Assembly (NCBI GenBank): GCA_963682135.1
Contig: OY821645.1
Coordinates: forward strand, 1,184,001-1,248,000
Length of the DNA: 64,000 nt
Direction: 5' to 3'
DNA from: Methanothrix sp.
GTDB lineage: Archaea; Halobacteriota; Methanosarcinia; Methanotrichales; Methanotrichaceae
Position numbers and translations under genes: made by a program. The notes below the pieces were generated by a model, which saw only the letters and a program-made list of their open reading frames with translations, made no database searches and had not been told where the DNA came from. This document shows positions 30,040-40,682 of this stretch, piece after piece; within the stretch, counting starts at the first letter, position 1; each line of letters starts with the position of its first letter.

Positions 30040-30520
30040 GGCATGCAATCCTGTGCTCGTATCCCATCGCCTCCACCCGTCGCCGTTGGCCTCCCTGCAC
30101 CACCCAGATCTCCTCCACCACTACCATCTCTCTGATCACCGTCAGGGCGCACACCTTGCGGGCCGCCTGCAGCCCATCCGGCCCGACGGTGAAGGCCGGC
30201 TCATAGTCCCCGCCCGTGCTCATCACCATCTCCCGCGCCTATCTCCGGTCCCACCACCTCCGCCAGGCCAGCGGCCACGGGCAACGCCTCTTCCTGCACC
30301 ACAAAGCCCACCCGGCTCACCTGCGCCAGGTCGGAGAGCGAGAGCGCCAGGCCGTCGATGTTGTCCATTACGGTCGTGACTGCCTGGCTTTTGGCCTGGG
30401 CCCGGCCCGCGGCCAGGCGCTTCTCGGGCTCCAGCGGCCTCGTGATGAACTCGCCCTCCACTGCACTGCTGCCAGGCCCACAGGCCCCCGCCCGCCCGCG
30501 CCCAGCGCGCGCGGGCGGGA
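30040..30520 (-). pseudogene. thiL: degenerate 3' fragment of thiL (copy 2)
   Basis: MDNIDGLALSLSDLAQVSRVGF..LP, GGDYEPAFTV, GYEHRI. Confidence 0.75.
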
Positions 30521-30705
30521 CGAGCCTGCACATATGCGGCGGGGTAGGCTTTGGCGGAATCTTTTCCATATGCTCAATATATTTATTTTTTTCGTCCAAA
30601 AAAGATAAATTAATCATGATTGAATCACCCAATTGAGGATACAAATGAGCAGATCGACATTTTTGACCAAAGGCTTTTTATTTGATCCTGCGATGATACC
30701 CCGAT

Positions 30706-31224
30706 ATGAAGAAAGGGAATGCGCTAATGGCATTAATCTTGTTGTTTAGTGCGGTGGTTTTCGTAACGCCGTTGGCTTTACCAAAAGAAGAACCTATGGC
30801 CGTACCAAATGCTTCGCTAAGCGCATTATCCAACAAGACCGAACTCGTTTCATTTGTTGAGAGTGCTGTGGCCTATGCCCAAAAGAACGGCAAAGATAAA
30901 GCACTCAAGGAGTTCAGCAATAATACCGGCTTATTTGTCCAAGGGGACTTCTACATCTACGCTTACGACTTCAATGGAACTTGCCTTGCCCACCCATTCA
31001 AATCCGATTGGATAGGCAAAAACAAGCTGGATGTAACTGATTCGAATGGCGTTCCATCTCTCAAGAACACTATCAATGTAGCCAGGGAGGGGAAAGGATT
31101 CACTTACTTCATCTTCCCGAACCCTGCTCACGATAATAGAGATGAATTCAAGATTGCTTACGCGATGAAAGTGGATGACGATTGGTTCCTTGGATCTGGA
31201 ATCTACATATCGTGTCCGCAATAG
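30706..31224 (+). CDS. secreted single Cache domain protein
   Basis: YIYAYDFNGTCLAHP, D.NG, WFLGSGIY. Confidence 0.85.
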   Translation: MKKGNALMALILLFSAVVFVTPLALPKEEPMAVPNASLSALSNKTELVSFVESAVAYAQKNGKDKALKEFSNNTGLFVQGDFYIYAYDFNGTCLAHPFKSDWIGKNKLDVTDSNGVPSLKNTINVAREGKGFTYFIFPNPAHDNRDEFKIAYAMKVDDDWFLGSGIYISCPQ

Positions 31225-31469
31225 ATAGCTATTCAAATTTTTGCTTTTGCGTTCAGGTCGTCAGTCTCCGCTACCGTCCCCTTAGTCAGTCATTAGGGAA
31301 GTCGTGAAGATTCTGCTAGTACATCTGGGCCTAATTAGCGCCCATGATTATGAAGGAATAATGCATCTTTTTAAACGCCTGATCGTTTTTCGCGGCTTCG
31401 CGTGAGATTCAATAGGGTCTGGTTTCGCGCGACGACACGAAGCCCCGATGTCAAAATATTGGTCTATTA

Positions 31470-31595
31470 TCATGGAAAATGAACTCCGCCAAATCGAGCA
31501 GCCTTGAGCCAATAATGATCGAGCGTCAGTGGCTTTTGTAAGTCTCGATACAGCGCGTCCAGTATGTCAAATATTTCCGTGCTCTACCACACCTA
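31470..31595 (+). repeat. diverged copy of 27773-27895 (HEPN gene 3' end plus rpiA-fragment end)
   Basis: GAAAATGAACTCC...CAGCCTTGAGCCAATAATG...GCGTCAGT.GCTTTTGTAAGT.TCGATACAG shared. Confidence 0.8.
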
Positions 31596-31775
31596 ATATG
31601 GGACTGATCTTCTCCGCCAATGCCTCTGGCTCCTTAGTTGTTCCTAAGTCCAAGTCCATGAAGAAGTTACTGTTGTCCTGATCATACAGGCTGCTAAATC
31701 CAGAATTTTAATGATGATATTACACGCAAGTGTCTATTAATATTAGGAATGCATTCTAGGGTATGGAGTGCAAAA

Positions 31776-32183
31776 ATGAGACTTAGAGTAATCAGCGCCA
31801 GAAATGAAATACCAAATTTGAACCCAAATGAGAAGACAGTTCACCTGGCCTTCCGAGCCAGTAATGTAGATTTCCTTAACCTGATGCAGAGATGCCCCAG
31901 GCTGAGAATGATTCAGGTCCCGCCATCCTACCGCAAGACTATGTCCAATGCCATCCAGGTATTCCTGGAGATGCAGGGCGTTGAGATGCTGGAAGGCGAC
32001 GTATGGGGCCACAGAAAAGACCTGGATGAGTACTTCACTGTAGAAGATGCCACTATGGAAGAGATTCGCGCCCTGGCTGCCAGCGGCGCATCTGCCGATG
32101 ATGTAGCCAATCAGATTCAGAGAAAGTCCAGGATCGGCTCAGAGCTGATCAAGTACATCGCCAAGACTAAAATTACCGCCTGA
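31776..32183 (+). CDS. DUF1699 family protein
   Basis: MRLRVISARNEI..VHLAFRASN..EGDVWGHRKD. Confidence 0.85.
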   Translation: MRLRVISARNEIPNLNPNEKTVHLAFRASNVDFLNLMQRCPRLRMIQVPPSYRKTMSNAIQVFLEMQGVEMLEGDVWGHRKDLDEYFTVEDATMEEIRALAASGASADDVANQIQRKSRIGSELIKYIAKTKITA

Positions 32184-32324
32184 GTCCGCAACTCTGTGCC
32201 CGGCTCAGCTACCCCCCCCTAATTTATTATTTGTCGATTTTCTAGTCCTATATTTTTTTCGACCGCCAACTACAAATATCTATAACGATTATATAGATAG
32301 TTTGTCGCTTCGTGCCATTGAATA

Positions 32325-32726
32325 GGGTGGCGGGTGTGCCGTGGGCTTAACGTATCCGATGATGCTCTGATGATGGAGATGCATGCCTTCGTGGCACTGC
32401 ATTTGGCTACGGGCCTGTGAGGCTGTAAAACATCGGCGGGCTGAAAAAGTTGCGTGCTGTGACAGGTGCAGCAATCCGCCGGATCTCACGCTAATACACG
32501 GTCGGGGGCACGAGTCGGCACAGGTAGAAGCCGAGGACGAGAGGGCGAGCAGCATGGCCCTGCGAGAAAGGGTTCCTATAAAACGGACGCTGTGCGAGAT
32601 TCCAGCGCTAATGCCGCCTTCCACCCAGGCTAATTAAAGTCGAGCTTCGGGCAGGGTCAGGCCACCACCTCGCGGTGATTGGCTCCTCTGCAAGAGGGCG
32701 CAGTGGATTATGCGCAGGCCCTGCCT
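32325..32726 (+). ncRNA. candidate large structured ncRNA
   Basis: Terminal pairing, many hairpins, 3' four-way junction, TATA-like element at about 32289. Confidence 0.6.
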
Positions 32727-32888
32727 GGGACTTGATATCGCTTTTCTTGATCATTACTCTGAGCAGGATAGTATGTTCTCAACTTGAAGCGAAATCCTTT
32801 TATCTCGGTAATTGACGTACAGTGTATTGGCGAAAGTCGATGGCCAAATTTCCCTCCTACATCCAATTGACTTTCTCCTCCCTCCTTC

Positions 32889-33524
32889 TTATCCATATTT
32901 CAGGAACCTTAAATTTCCTCCAGCGTTTCTATGCCGATCTTCTTCACGGATCAGCTCATCTTCCACAGCCAGATTTCTGTTCACCCAGTAAAACCGGGAA
33001 AAGAGCAATCCCACAGTTGGGCAGTCGTCCGGCTCGTACCACTTCAGATAATCTTCGATATTATCAAAGTGGCTCGGTGCATCCGGATGGTATAAACCTT
33101 CCCAGGGCATGGGAGTGGGCGGCTTGGCGGTTACATCCATAGAAAGCAGTTCCCGGCACAGATAGAGGAGCATGTTGCTGATGTTATCCTCTCCTCCATA
33201 GGTTAGGTAGGCATTGGCGGTGACCACAACCTTTGCAGGTGCTGAGGAGCTGAGCCAGTATGATTGATCGTCGCCGAGGCATACGATGGGCTTACGCTTT
33301 CCGATCTCACTCATCTTGGGCTCGATCTCATCCCAGAGGGCTTCGCTGCCGCGATGCGTGAAAATCAGGTCTGATTGTTCCATGGACTTTATTGCTTCGT
33401 CCAGAAGGCCGGGCTGATCGTCCAGTCGCTGGGTGGAAAAGAGCCGCAGATCGAATCCGAGGCGCTTGCAGGCTTTGGCAATTATCTGCAGATATGAATT
33501 TCCAACAAGACAGGTGAGTTTCAT
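32889..33524 (-). pseudogene. cobN: truncated cobaltochelatase CobN (N-terminal ~200 aa only)
   Basis: YLTYGGEDNISNML, PWEGLYHPDA, VGLLFSR; stops far short of the usual >1000 aa. Confidence 0.8.
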
Positions 33525-33804
33525 GATTGCTCCTTTTCGATCAAATATTCCTGATTTCTGCGCAGTTGTTTTAATTTAGTTGTATGTATTTTTAATCGTG
33601 TCATATCTCTTCCCTAAATTACAAAATTAATACGTTCTTAGTATTATCTTTTTTGATTTAAATGTTAAAAAAGAATAAAGCCTGATTCAGATTAGCGCTT
33701 TACGCCAGGAATGGACGAACACTGCACAATTCGCTGCAACGTTTAGATCGTCCGGACTTTCTTATTGCTTCATTATGGTTCTTTGGAGCCGCACACAAGG
33801 CGGC

Positions 33805-34884
33805 TCACCAGAACTCCTTTTTTCGGCGCAGGAATAGATAAACAAAGAACGGGACACCCAGGAAGGCAGTCATTATTCCCACCGGCAGAATCACGGGCGC
33901 CATTATGGTTCTCGCCACGGTGTCCGCAGCCAATAGCAGCAGTCCTCCTACCAGTGCAGAGGCAGGGAGCAAAAACCTGTGGTCCCCTCCGATCACCATG
34001 CGAGTGATATGCGGAGCGACAAGGCCGATGAAGCCGATGGTTCCCGTGAAGCAGATAACGCTCGCGGTGATGACTGAGACCAGTACCATGCAGATTACAC
34101 GCGTCTTCTCCACGTTAACTCCCAGGCTCTTAGCGGTTTCATCGCCTGTTCCCAAGGCATTGATATCCCAGGACTTGAGGAGAAGATAGGGGAAACTGGC
34201 AACGATAACGCCTGTTACGATCCAGACCTTATCCCAGGAAGATCTCCCTAATGAGCCCATCATCCAGAAGACCACCTCTTGCACCTGCTCGGCATGTCCT
34301 ACGTACTGCAAGAAGGATGTCATGGCCGAGAAGAGATACATGATGGCTATGCCTGCCAGGACCATTGTCTCCGGTGTGATGCCCTTGTACTTTGCCAGGC
34401 CATAAACACTCATGGAGGCGAGGAGGGTGAAGATGAAGGCGTTGCCGATGATGAGATACTCTCCTCCTACAAATCCTGCTCCCATAACTATAGCCAAAGC
34501 AGCACCAAATCCCGCTGCAGAAGCAATGCCCAGTGTGAATGGGCTGGCCAGGGGATTTTTGAGGATGCCCTGCATTACAGCTCCCGCAATGGCCAGACCG
34601 ATGCCACCCACAATAGCCAGAAGAATGCGGTGCAGACGCAGACCCCAGACGATTGTGTCCGAGAACCAGGTGGTCTCAAAGTGGCCGGGCAAGAACCTGG
34701 CTATGATGGTTTTGTAGACATCAAGAACGCTTATGTCAGCCGAACCTCGCGTGGCTGCATAGCCTGCCAATAGAATTATGCCAAAAATGAGAGATATGAG
34801 AAAGAGCATCTTCTTGCCGATGAACTTTTGATACTCTGCCCTCAGATCTGCTGTGGGATTATCCTTGGAATGCAAAGAAGACAT
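33805..34884 (-). CDS. FecCD/BtuC-type ABC permease
   Basis: NPLASPFTLGI, GDETAKSLGV, IGFIGLVAPHI. Confidence 0.93.
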   Translation of the reverse strand: MSSLHSKDNPTADLRAEYQKFIGKKMLFLISLIFGIILLAGYAATRGSADISVLDVYKTIIARFLPGHFETTWFSDTIVWGLRLHRILLAIVGGIGLAIAGAVMQGILKNPLASPFTLGIASAAGFGAALAIVMGAGFVGGEYLIIGNAFIFTLLASMSVYGLAKYKGITPETMVLAGIAIMYLFSAMTSFLQYVGHAEQVQEVVFWMMGSLGRSSWDKVWIVTGVIVASFPYLLLKSWDINALGTGDETAKSLGVNVEKTRVICMVLVSVITASVICFTGTIGFIGLVAPHITRMVIGGDHRFLLPASALVGGLLLLAADTVARTIMAPVILPVGIMTAFLGVPFFVYLFLRRKKEFW

Positions 34885-34888
34885 TTGC

Positions 34889-36112
34889 TCACGCCTCTGG
34901 ATAGACAAAGACACCCCTATTTATTACATCGACCTTTGCACCCTGAAACTCGTCGAGATATTCCTGATATGCATTACGTGGGTTATAATCCAGGAATATC
35001 TCCGGCTGCAGCCATTTTCCTAAGTAGCCCATTCCCAGATAGAACCTCCCTCCGCCCTTGGTGCAGTCCCAGGTTATCATGTAAGCTTTCTTGTTTTTCA
35101 CGGCAACAGTTTGGTTCAATTCTGTCCGGGCGAGCATCTCGTCAACTAAAGCTTCCAGTGCGACGGTATCACTCAAATCTTTGTCTATTCCAGGACTGTC
35201 CTTGAGGTATTTATATCGCAGAATGATTTCCGGATTCCTCATGGCAACGGATTCCGGGTCAACCTGTTTGAATCCCTGCAATTCCGAGAAGATATTGTTC
35301 CCACCTGCTGCCACGAGAAGGGCATTATGGGCATGACCCGAGCCACAAGTGTAATAGGTCTGGCCGCCACCAAAGTCTGCCTCCAGATAGACCTTAGGCT
35401 TCTCACTGGAAGGAAGGGCTGATACTATATCCAGGTATTTGCCAAGCTTCTTCTCAAAGAACTGATTATATCTCTTTGCCTCATCATTTCTATCCAGTAG
35501 ATAGCCCATTTTGTTGATGATATCATTATATTGAGATATGTTTCCGGAATCCAGGCGGATCACGGTGATATTGGTATCCTTGAGATTCTGATCCAGGTCT
35601 TCCTGTTTGGGGCTGCTCATGTATGTTATGACAAGATCCGGCCTGACCTTGATCAAAGCCTCCCAATCGACCGAAGACGTTGGAGAGCCAATGTTTACTA
35701 GGCCCGCGCCATCCGTATAGAGGTCCCCGCAGCCCTGCTCCCTGCTCTGCACAACATACTTGCCGGCAGCAACGATCTTATCTGTGCAGTTGAGGGTGCG
35801 CAGTATCTCATAATCCTCTGTGGTCAATACAGCGATCCGCTCGATTGGCTTATAGAAGGCAATCTCACTTCCTGTCGAATCGTTGATCTTCCTGGGATAG
35901 CTCTCATGAATGAGCCTGATATTCTCAAGCTCTTCATGGCTGATCCTTCCGTCCTCAGAGACTTTTTCTGCTGCCTTCAATTCTTCTGCAGAGATCACTT
36001 TGTCGCCATTCGAATCCCCAGGAACAGAAACATCCTGATAGGCGGCTGCTAGCCCCAGAGAACTGAAAATGCAGAAAAGCAAAACCAAACCGTATATCAT
36101 CTTCATGCCCAT
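34889..36112 (-). CDS. iron/cobalamin ABC substrate-binding protein with N-terminal EF-hand/dockerin-like loop
   Basis: Signal peptide, GDSNGDKVISAEEL, IERIAV, AAGGNNIF. Confidence 0.88.
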   Translation of the reverse strand: MGMKMIYGLVLLFCIFSSLGLAAAYQDVSVPGDSNGDKVISAEELKAAEKVSEDGRISHEELENIRLIHESYPRKINDSTGSEIAFYKPIERIAVLTTEDYEILRTLNCTDKIVAAGKYVVQSREQGCGDLYTDGAGLVNIGSPTSSVDWEALIKVRPDLVITYMSSPKQEDLDQNLKDTNITVIRLDSGNISQYNDIINKMGYLLDRNDEAKRYNQFFEKKLGKYLDIVSALPSSEKPKVYLEADFGGGQTYYTCGSGHAHNALLVAAGGNNIFSELQGFKQVDPESVAMRNPEIILRYKYLKDSPGIDKDLSDTVALEALVDEMLARTELNQTVAVKNKKAYMITWDCTKGGGRFYLGMGYLGKWLQPEIFLDYNPRNAYQEYLDEFQGAKVDVINRGVFVYPEA

Positions 36113-36478
36113 TTCCTAAATTCAAGTCTTTGAAACCTGTTTAGGTATCTTATACACATATTAATAAGTCTTTTGGTAATAGTATTACTAGATCATAATT
36201 GATTCCATAAAACGCTATATTAGTGCACCTGTATGCCGCAATTGATTTATCTATGATACAAAAAGGCGATCATAGCCGTTTTAAAGATACTCTTATCTCC
36301 TATGAAGCGGTTTTAATAAAGAAAGAGCAGTTCAAATGAATAGAATATTTAAAAATTTATAATATCTATTGGTAATCAATTTGTACAAAATGCGTAAAAA
36401 TGATGAAAAAAATAGTACTTTTTAATACAATGTAAAGCCTTAAATACATAAACGATGAGCTGGAAGAAGGAGATATCA

Positions 36479-38527
36479 ATGCATCACCTGAAGAGAAAGA
36501 CCATACCGTTTACAGCCATCGTTGGGCAAGATGACATGAAGTTCTCATTGATTCTAAATGCCATCAACCCCCGCATAGGCGGCGTCCTGATCAGAGGCGA
36601 CAAGGGAACTGCTAAATCGACAGCTGTGCGGGCTCTTGCCGACCTGCTGGAGAATATTAAAGTTGTAGAAGACTGTCCATTTAATTGCGATCCGGAAAAT
36701 GCAGAAGACATGTGCGACCTGTGTTTTGAGAAGAGCCAGGCAAACCGGATAAGAGGAATAGACCGAAAAACGCCGGTTATAGATCTGCCATTAGGAGCTA
36801 CTGAGGACAGAGTAGTTGGTTCTCTGAATGTCGAACGTGCCATCAAAGAAGGGATCAAGGCCCTGGAACCGGGCATTCTCGCCGCTGCCAATCGGGGCAT
36901 CCTCTACATAGACGAGGTCAATCTCCTGGATGATCATGTGGCCGATGTGCTTCTCGATTCCGCGGCCATGGGAGTAAATATAGTTGAACGCGAAGGCGTA
37001 TCTGTAGCCCATCCATCTAAATTCATCCTGGTCGGAACCATGAACCCGGAGGAGGGAGAGATCCGGCCTCAACTGCTGGACCGATTCGGGCTGCAAGTGA
37101 GCGTTGTCGGCATCGAGGATGTGGATCAAAGGATGCAGATCGCCAAGATGGCAGAAGCATTTGATGCCGATCCAGATGGATTTACGCAAATGTGCCGAGA
37201 AAGCCAGGCACAATTGAAGGAAAAGATATCCCAGGCCCGCAAAATCCTCCGGAAAGTGAGCATGAGCGATGATCTTCTTCGGTCCATCGCCTCAACCTGC
37301 ATCGATCTGGGCGTGAAGACGCACCGGGCTGAGATTGTCATCACCAGGACCGCCAAGACCATTGCCGCCTTTGATGGAAGGACGGAGGTAAACCAGGAGG
37401 ATGTCAAGAAGGCTATGGAGCTGGCCCTGGCTCACAGGATGAGAAGCAGGCCTTTTGAGCCGCCCACCCTGAACAAGGAGAAGCTGGAGAAGTCGATGCA
37501 GCAGCATCAACACGAACACCAGCACCAACATCAAGATCCCAAGCAACAAAAAAAAAATGAGCAACAGCCCCGAGAGCCCGACGAGCAGCAGGACACAAAT
37601 CAAACTCAAGCTGCCCAGCCTCAGGAACAGGTCTTTGAAATCGGCACGCCCATAGATACCCGTGCCATAGACACGCCCCGCAAGAGAGACAGAATTGCCC
37701 GCCGCAAGACCAGCGGCAGAAGAATGAACACTCTCGCGCTACGAAACAGAGGAAGATACCTGCGCCAGAGGATGCCACAGGAAGGAAAAGATATCGCCAT
37801 CGATGCTACGATTCGAGCCGCTGCCCCCTATCAGAAGGTCCGATTAGGCCCCAATGCCATTAGAGTGTTGAGCGAGGATATCCGGGAGAAAGAGAGAGTG
37901 GGGAAGACCTCTGCCGTAGTCCTCTTCGTGGTGGACGCCAGCGGCTCTATGGGAGCCAATCAGAGAATGGAGAGCGCAAAAGGTGCCGTTCTCTCCCTGC
38001 TCATGGATTCCTACCAGAAGAGAGACAAGATTGGCATGGTAGCTTTCAAAGGAAAAGAAGCCGAGATTGTCCTTCCACCCTGCTCCAGCGTTGATCTGGC
38101 TCTGAGCCGCTTGCGAGAGCTTCCCACGGGAGGCAAGACGCCTCTCTCCGCCGGACTCTCCCGGGCATTGCAGCTTTTGCAGGGCGAATCGAGAAAGGAT
38201 GAAGAGACCAAACTCATGATGATTCTCATATCCGACGGCAGAGCAAATGTGGGAATGGGAGGCAAGATCAAGGACGAACTGATGGAGATCTCGGAGAGGG
38301 CCCGCAATCTCGGGATTCATACCATCGTCATTGATACCGAAGTTGTGGATAGCTCCTTCATGGATATGCGGCTGGGCTACTGCCATGAGATTGCAGAGAA
38401 GTGCGCCGGAAAGTACTATCCCATATCCAGCTTGAGCCCGGAAGCGCTCTATAGCATTGTGAATGGAGAGCAAAAAGACTTATTCGATAGAATGAGTTCG
38501 ACAATAAATGAATACGCTACAACATAA
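36479..38527 (+). CDS. ChlI/ChlD-type AAA+ vWA chelatase subunit (putative cobaltochelatase)
   Basis: [20 protein letters not shown]-rich linker, [21 protein letters not shown]. Confidence 0.93.
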   Translation: MHHLKRKTIPFTAIVGQDDMKFSLILNAINPRIGGVLIRGDKGTAKSTAVRALADLLENIKVVEDCPFNCDPENAEDMCDLCFEKSQANRIRGIDRKTPVIDLPLGATEDRVVGSLNVERAIKEGIKALEPGILAAANRGILYIDEVNLLDDHVADVLLDSAAMGVNIVEREGVSVAHPSKFILVGTMNPEEGEIRPQLLDRFGLQVSVVGIEDVDQRMQIAKMAEAFDADPDGFTQMCRESQAQLKEKISQARKILRKVSMSDDLLRSIASTCIDLGVKTHRAEIVITRTAKTIAAFDGRTEVNQEDVKKAMELALAHRMRSRPFEPPTLNKEKLEKSMQQHQHEHQHQHQDPKQQKKNEQQPREPDEQQDTNQTQAAQPQEQVFEIGTPIDTRAIDTPRKRDRIARRKTSGRRMNTLALRNRGRYLRQRMPQEGKDIAIDATIRAAAPYQKVRLGPNAIRVLSEDIREKERVGKTSAVVLFVVDASGSMGANQRMESAKGAVLSLLMDSYQKRDKIGMVAFKGKEAEIVLPPCSSVDLALSRLRELPTGGKTPLSAGLSRALQLLQGESRKDEETKLMMILISDGRANVGMGGKIKDELMEISERARNLGIHTIVIDTEVVDSSFMDMRLGYCHEIAEKCAGKYYPISSLSPEALYSIVNGEQKDLFDRMSSTINEYATT

Positions 38528-38579
38528 ACCGAACTGATATATCGTTTTACTATTATTATGGTGATTGCAAGAGGCATTT

Positions 38580-39452
38580 ATGAGCAAGATGATTGAGATA
38601 TCAGGCCTAAACAAGGACTATTCCGGTAAAAAAGTAATTGACGGCCTGGATCTGGAGATCGACCACGGAGAGCTCTTCGGATTTCTGGGGCCAAATGGAG
38701 CAGGCAAGACCACCGCCATTCGCATCCTAACCACCCTTACCAAGCCATCATCCGGAATGGTTCGTATCAATGGAATTGATGTAGCTAAAGAGCCTGCCAA
38801 AGTGAAGTCTGAGTTTGGCATAGTCCAGCAGCACCTCAGCCTCAACCGGGACCTGACCATTAGCGAGAACTTGCAGCTTCATGCCAGACTGCATCACCTC
38901 TCCAAGAAGGAGCGAGATGAGAGGATAGCTGATCTTTTGGATTATGTGGAGCTGTCCGATCATGCAGACTACCTCATCGATGACGTCTCCGGAGGGATGA
39001 AGAGGAGAGCCATGATCGCCAGGGCTCTCATCCATAGGCCCAAGCTACTCTTTCTCGATGAGCCGACGGTGGGATTGGACGCTCAGACCCGCCGCAAGGT
39101 CTGGGATCTCATTCGCAGGATGAATACCGAGGGCACAACTGTCTTTTTGACCACACACTACATTGAGGAGGCTGAGGCTTTATGTCAGAGGGTGGGCGTT
39201 CTTCATCATGGCCGGATCATCGCCATTGGCTCGCCACTCAGCCTGCGAGAGAAGCTGGGCTTGGTTGCTGTGGAGATGAATCTGAACCTGAACGGAAACG
39301 CAACAGAGTACAGGTATTTTCCGGATAGAGCTCAGGCCGCCCAGTTCATCGAGGGCCTGCCCGGCACGGAGCACGTTATTATGCGGGAATCAAATCTGGA
39401 GGATGTATTCATAGAGCTTACCGGCCAGAAGGTGCTGGGAGGAGTAACATGA
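38580..39452 (+). CDS. ABC-2 exporter ATPase
   Basis: GPNGAGKTT, SGGMKRR, LDEPT. Confidence 0.93.
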   Translation: MSKMIEISGLNKDYSGKKVIDGLDLEIDHGELFGFLGPNGAGKTTAIRILTTLTKPSSGMVRINGIDVAKEPAKVKSEFGIVQQHLSLNRDLTISENLQLHARLHHLSKKERDERIADLLDYVELSDHADYLIDDVSGGMKRRAMIARALIHRPKLLFLDEPTVGLDAQTRRKVWDLIRRMNTEGTTVFLTTHYIEEAEALCQRVGVLHHGRIIAIGSPLSLREKLGLVAVEMNLNLNGNATEYRYFPDRAQAAQFIEGLPGTEHVIMRESNLEDVFIELTGQKVLGGVT

Positions 39453-40186
39453 TAGATGCTTACAGCATACTGTGGGCGGATCTCATGGCCCTGAAACGCC
39501 GGGGACCCAGATATCTCATCACCACCCTTATCAGTCCTATTCTCTATCTTGTGGCCTTCGGATGGGGCCTGGGACGCGGCATCAACCTCAATGGAACCAG
39601 TTATCTAGAATTTGTCATACCTGGCATCATTGCTCTTACTGCCATGACCACCAGCTTCAACGGAGCCGGCACGAGGCTCAATGTCGACCGTCTTTACTTC
39701 AAAAGCTTTGATGAGTGTCTGATGGCCCCCATCGGCCTGACATCTCTTCTCATGGGCAAAGCCCTGATAGGAGTAGTGAGAGGTCTCATGAGCTCTGTGG
39801 CGTTTCTCATCGTGGCCCTGTTGATTGCGCCCCATATGCATATCGGACCGCAATTTCTGCTCGGCCTCTTCCTCACCTGCCTGACCTTCGCCTTTTTGGG
39901 GGTGCTGGCGGCATTGATGGCAAGGTCACATGAGGACATGGCCGTCTTCGGAAGCCTGATATTGATGCCCATGACCTTCCTTGGGGGAACATTCTTCTCA
40001 CTATCTCAGGTGCCAGTGGGACTCAAGTATGCTCTTTACGCCCTTCCCCTCACCCATTCCAGCCTCTTTCTGCGGGCGGCGGCATTGGATCAGCCTCTGC
40101 CCTGGGGATCATTTTTGATTCTTCTGGCCTTCCTGATGGCGTTCCTGGTTGGTGGGATGATGACTCTCAAGAAGATCAGCATTTAG
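39449..40186 (+). CDS. ABC-2 exporter permease
   Basis: YLEFVIPGII, GTFFS, LPLTH. Confidence 0.9.
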   Translation: MIDAYSILWADLMALKRRGPRYLITTLISPILYLVAFGWGLGRGINLNGTSYLEFVIPGIIALTAMTTSFNGAGTRLNVDRLYFKSFDECLMAPIGLTSLLMGKALIGVVRGLMSSVAFLIVALLIAPHMHIGPQFLLGLFLTCLTFAFLGVLAALMARSHEDMAVFGSLILMPMTFLGGTFFSLSQVPVGLKYALYALPLTHSSLFLRAAALDQPLPWGSFLILLAFLMAFLVGGMMTLKKISI

Positions 40187-40306
40187 TGGCCAAAGTGGTG
40201 AATAGAGAACGCACAGCTTCGGCGCAAGGAAATGGCAAACCAATATGCCATGTTCTTGGGCGGACCTGTTTATCACTTTTTTCAACTTGTAGGATTGCGA
40301 AGGACG

Positions 40307-40500
40307 GATCTCGCTTGACCTCTCCCTGTCCAGAAAGGCAGCGCAAATTGCAGTAGAGCATCGCCTGCGAGGTGCCGATGCGGCATATGTCGCCGCTGCT
40401 TGATGCGTTTGATACTGCTCTGATCACCTGGGATCAAGAGATGCGCAAGCGATGCCCGGTCGCAGTGGCGACTATGAAGCCGGAAGAAAAGGCGCAGTAA
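40307..40500 (+). pseudogene. 3' remnant of vapC, diverged copy of 48019-48216
   Basis: GCAGTAGAGCATCGCCTGCG.GGTGCCGATGCG shared; frameshifted. Confidence 0.85.
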
Positions 40501-40544
40501 GCGGTGATGGTCAAGACGCTCTTTGGCGGAAAGCTGGTGCATGC

Positions 40545-40635
40545 TGGGGCCGGGCCAGGCTTCTGGCGACGCTCGGGACTCGGGGGGCCGCCTGAGCGCG
40601 CTCGTGTGCGGGCGCAGGAGGCCGGTCGGGCCTGG
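40545..40635 (+). repeat. GC-rich hairpin repeat, copy
   Basis: CTCGGG.CTCGGGG..CCGCCTGAGCGCGCTCGTGTGCGGGCGCAGGAGGCCG. Confidence 0.75.
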
Positions 40636-40682
40636 AATCAGGAAGCCCTTGAACCCGGAATGGGCTTTTTTCGGGCGCATGA

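Noticed and set aside
32325-32726. RNase P RNA, SRP RNA or group II intron
   Set aside because: Diagnostic motifs were not found on either strand.
37495-37625. CAG/CAC-rich stretch as a repeat element
   Set aside because: Encodes the low-complexity linker typical of ChlD-type subunits.
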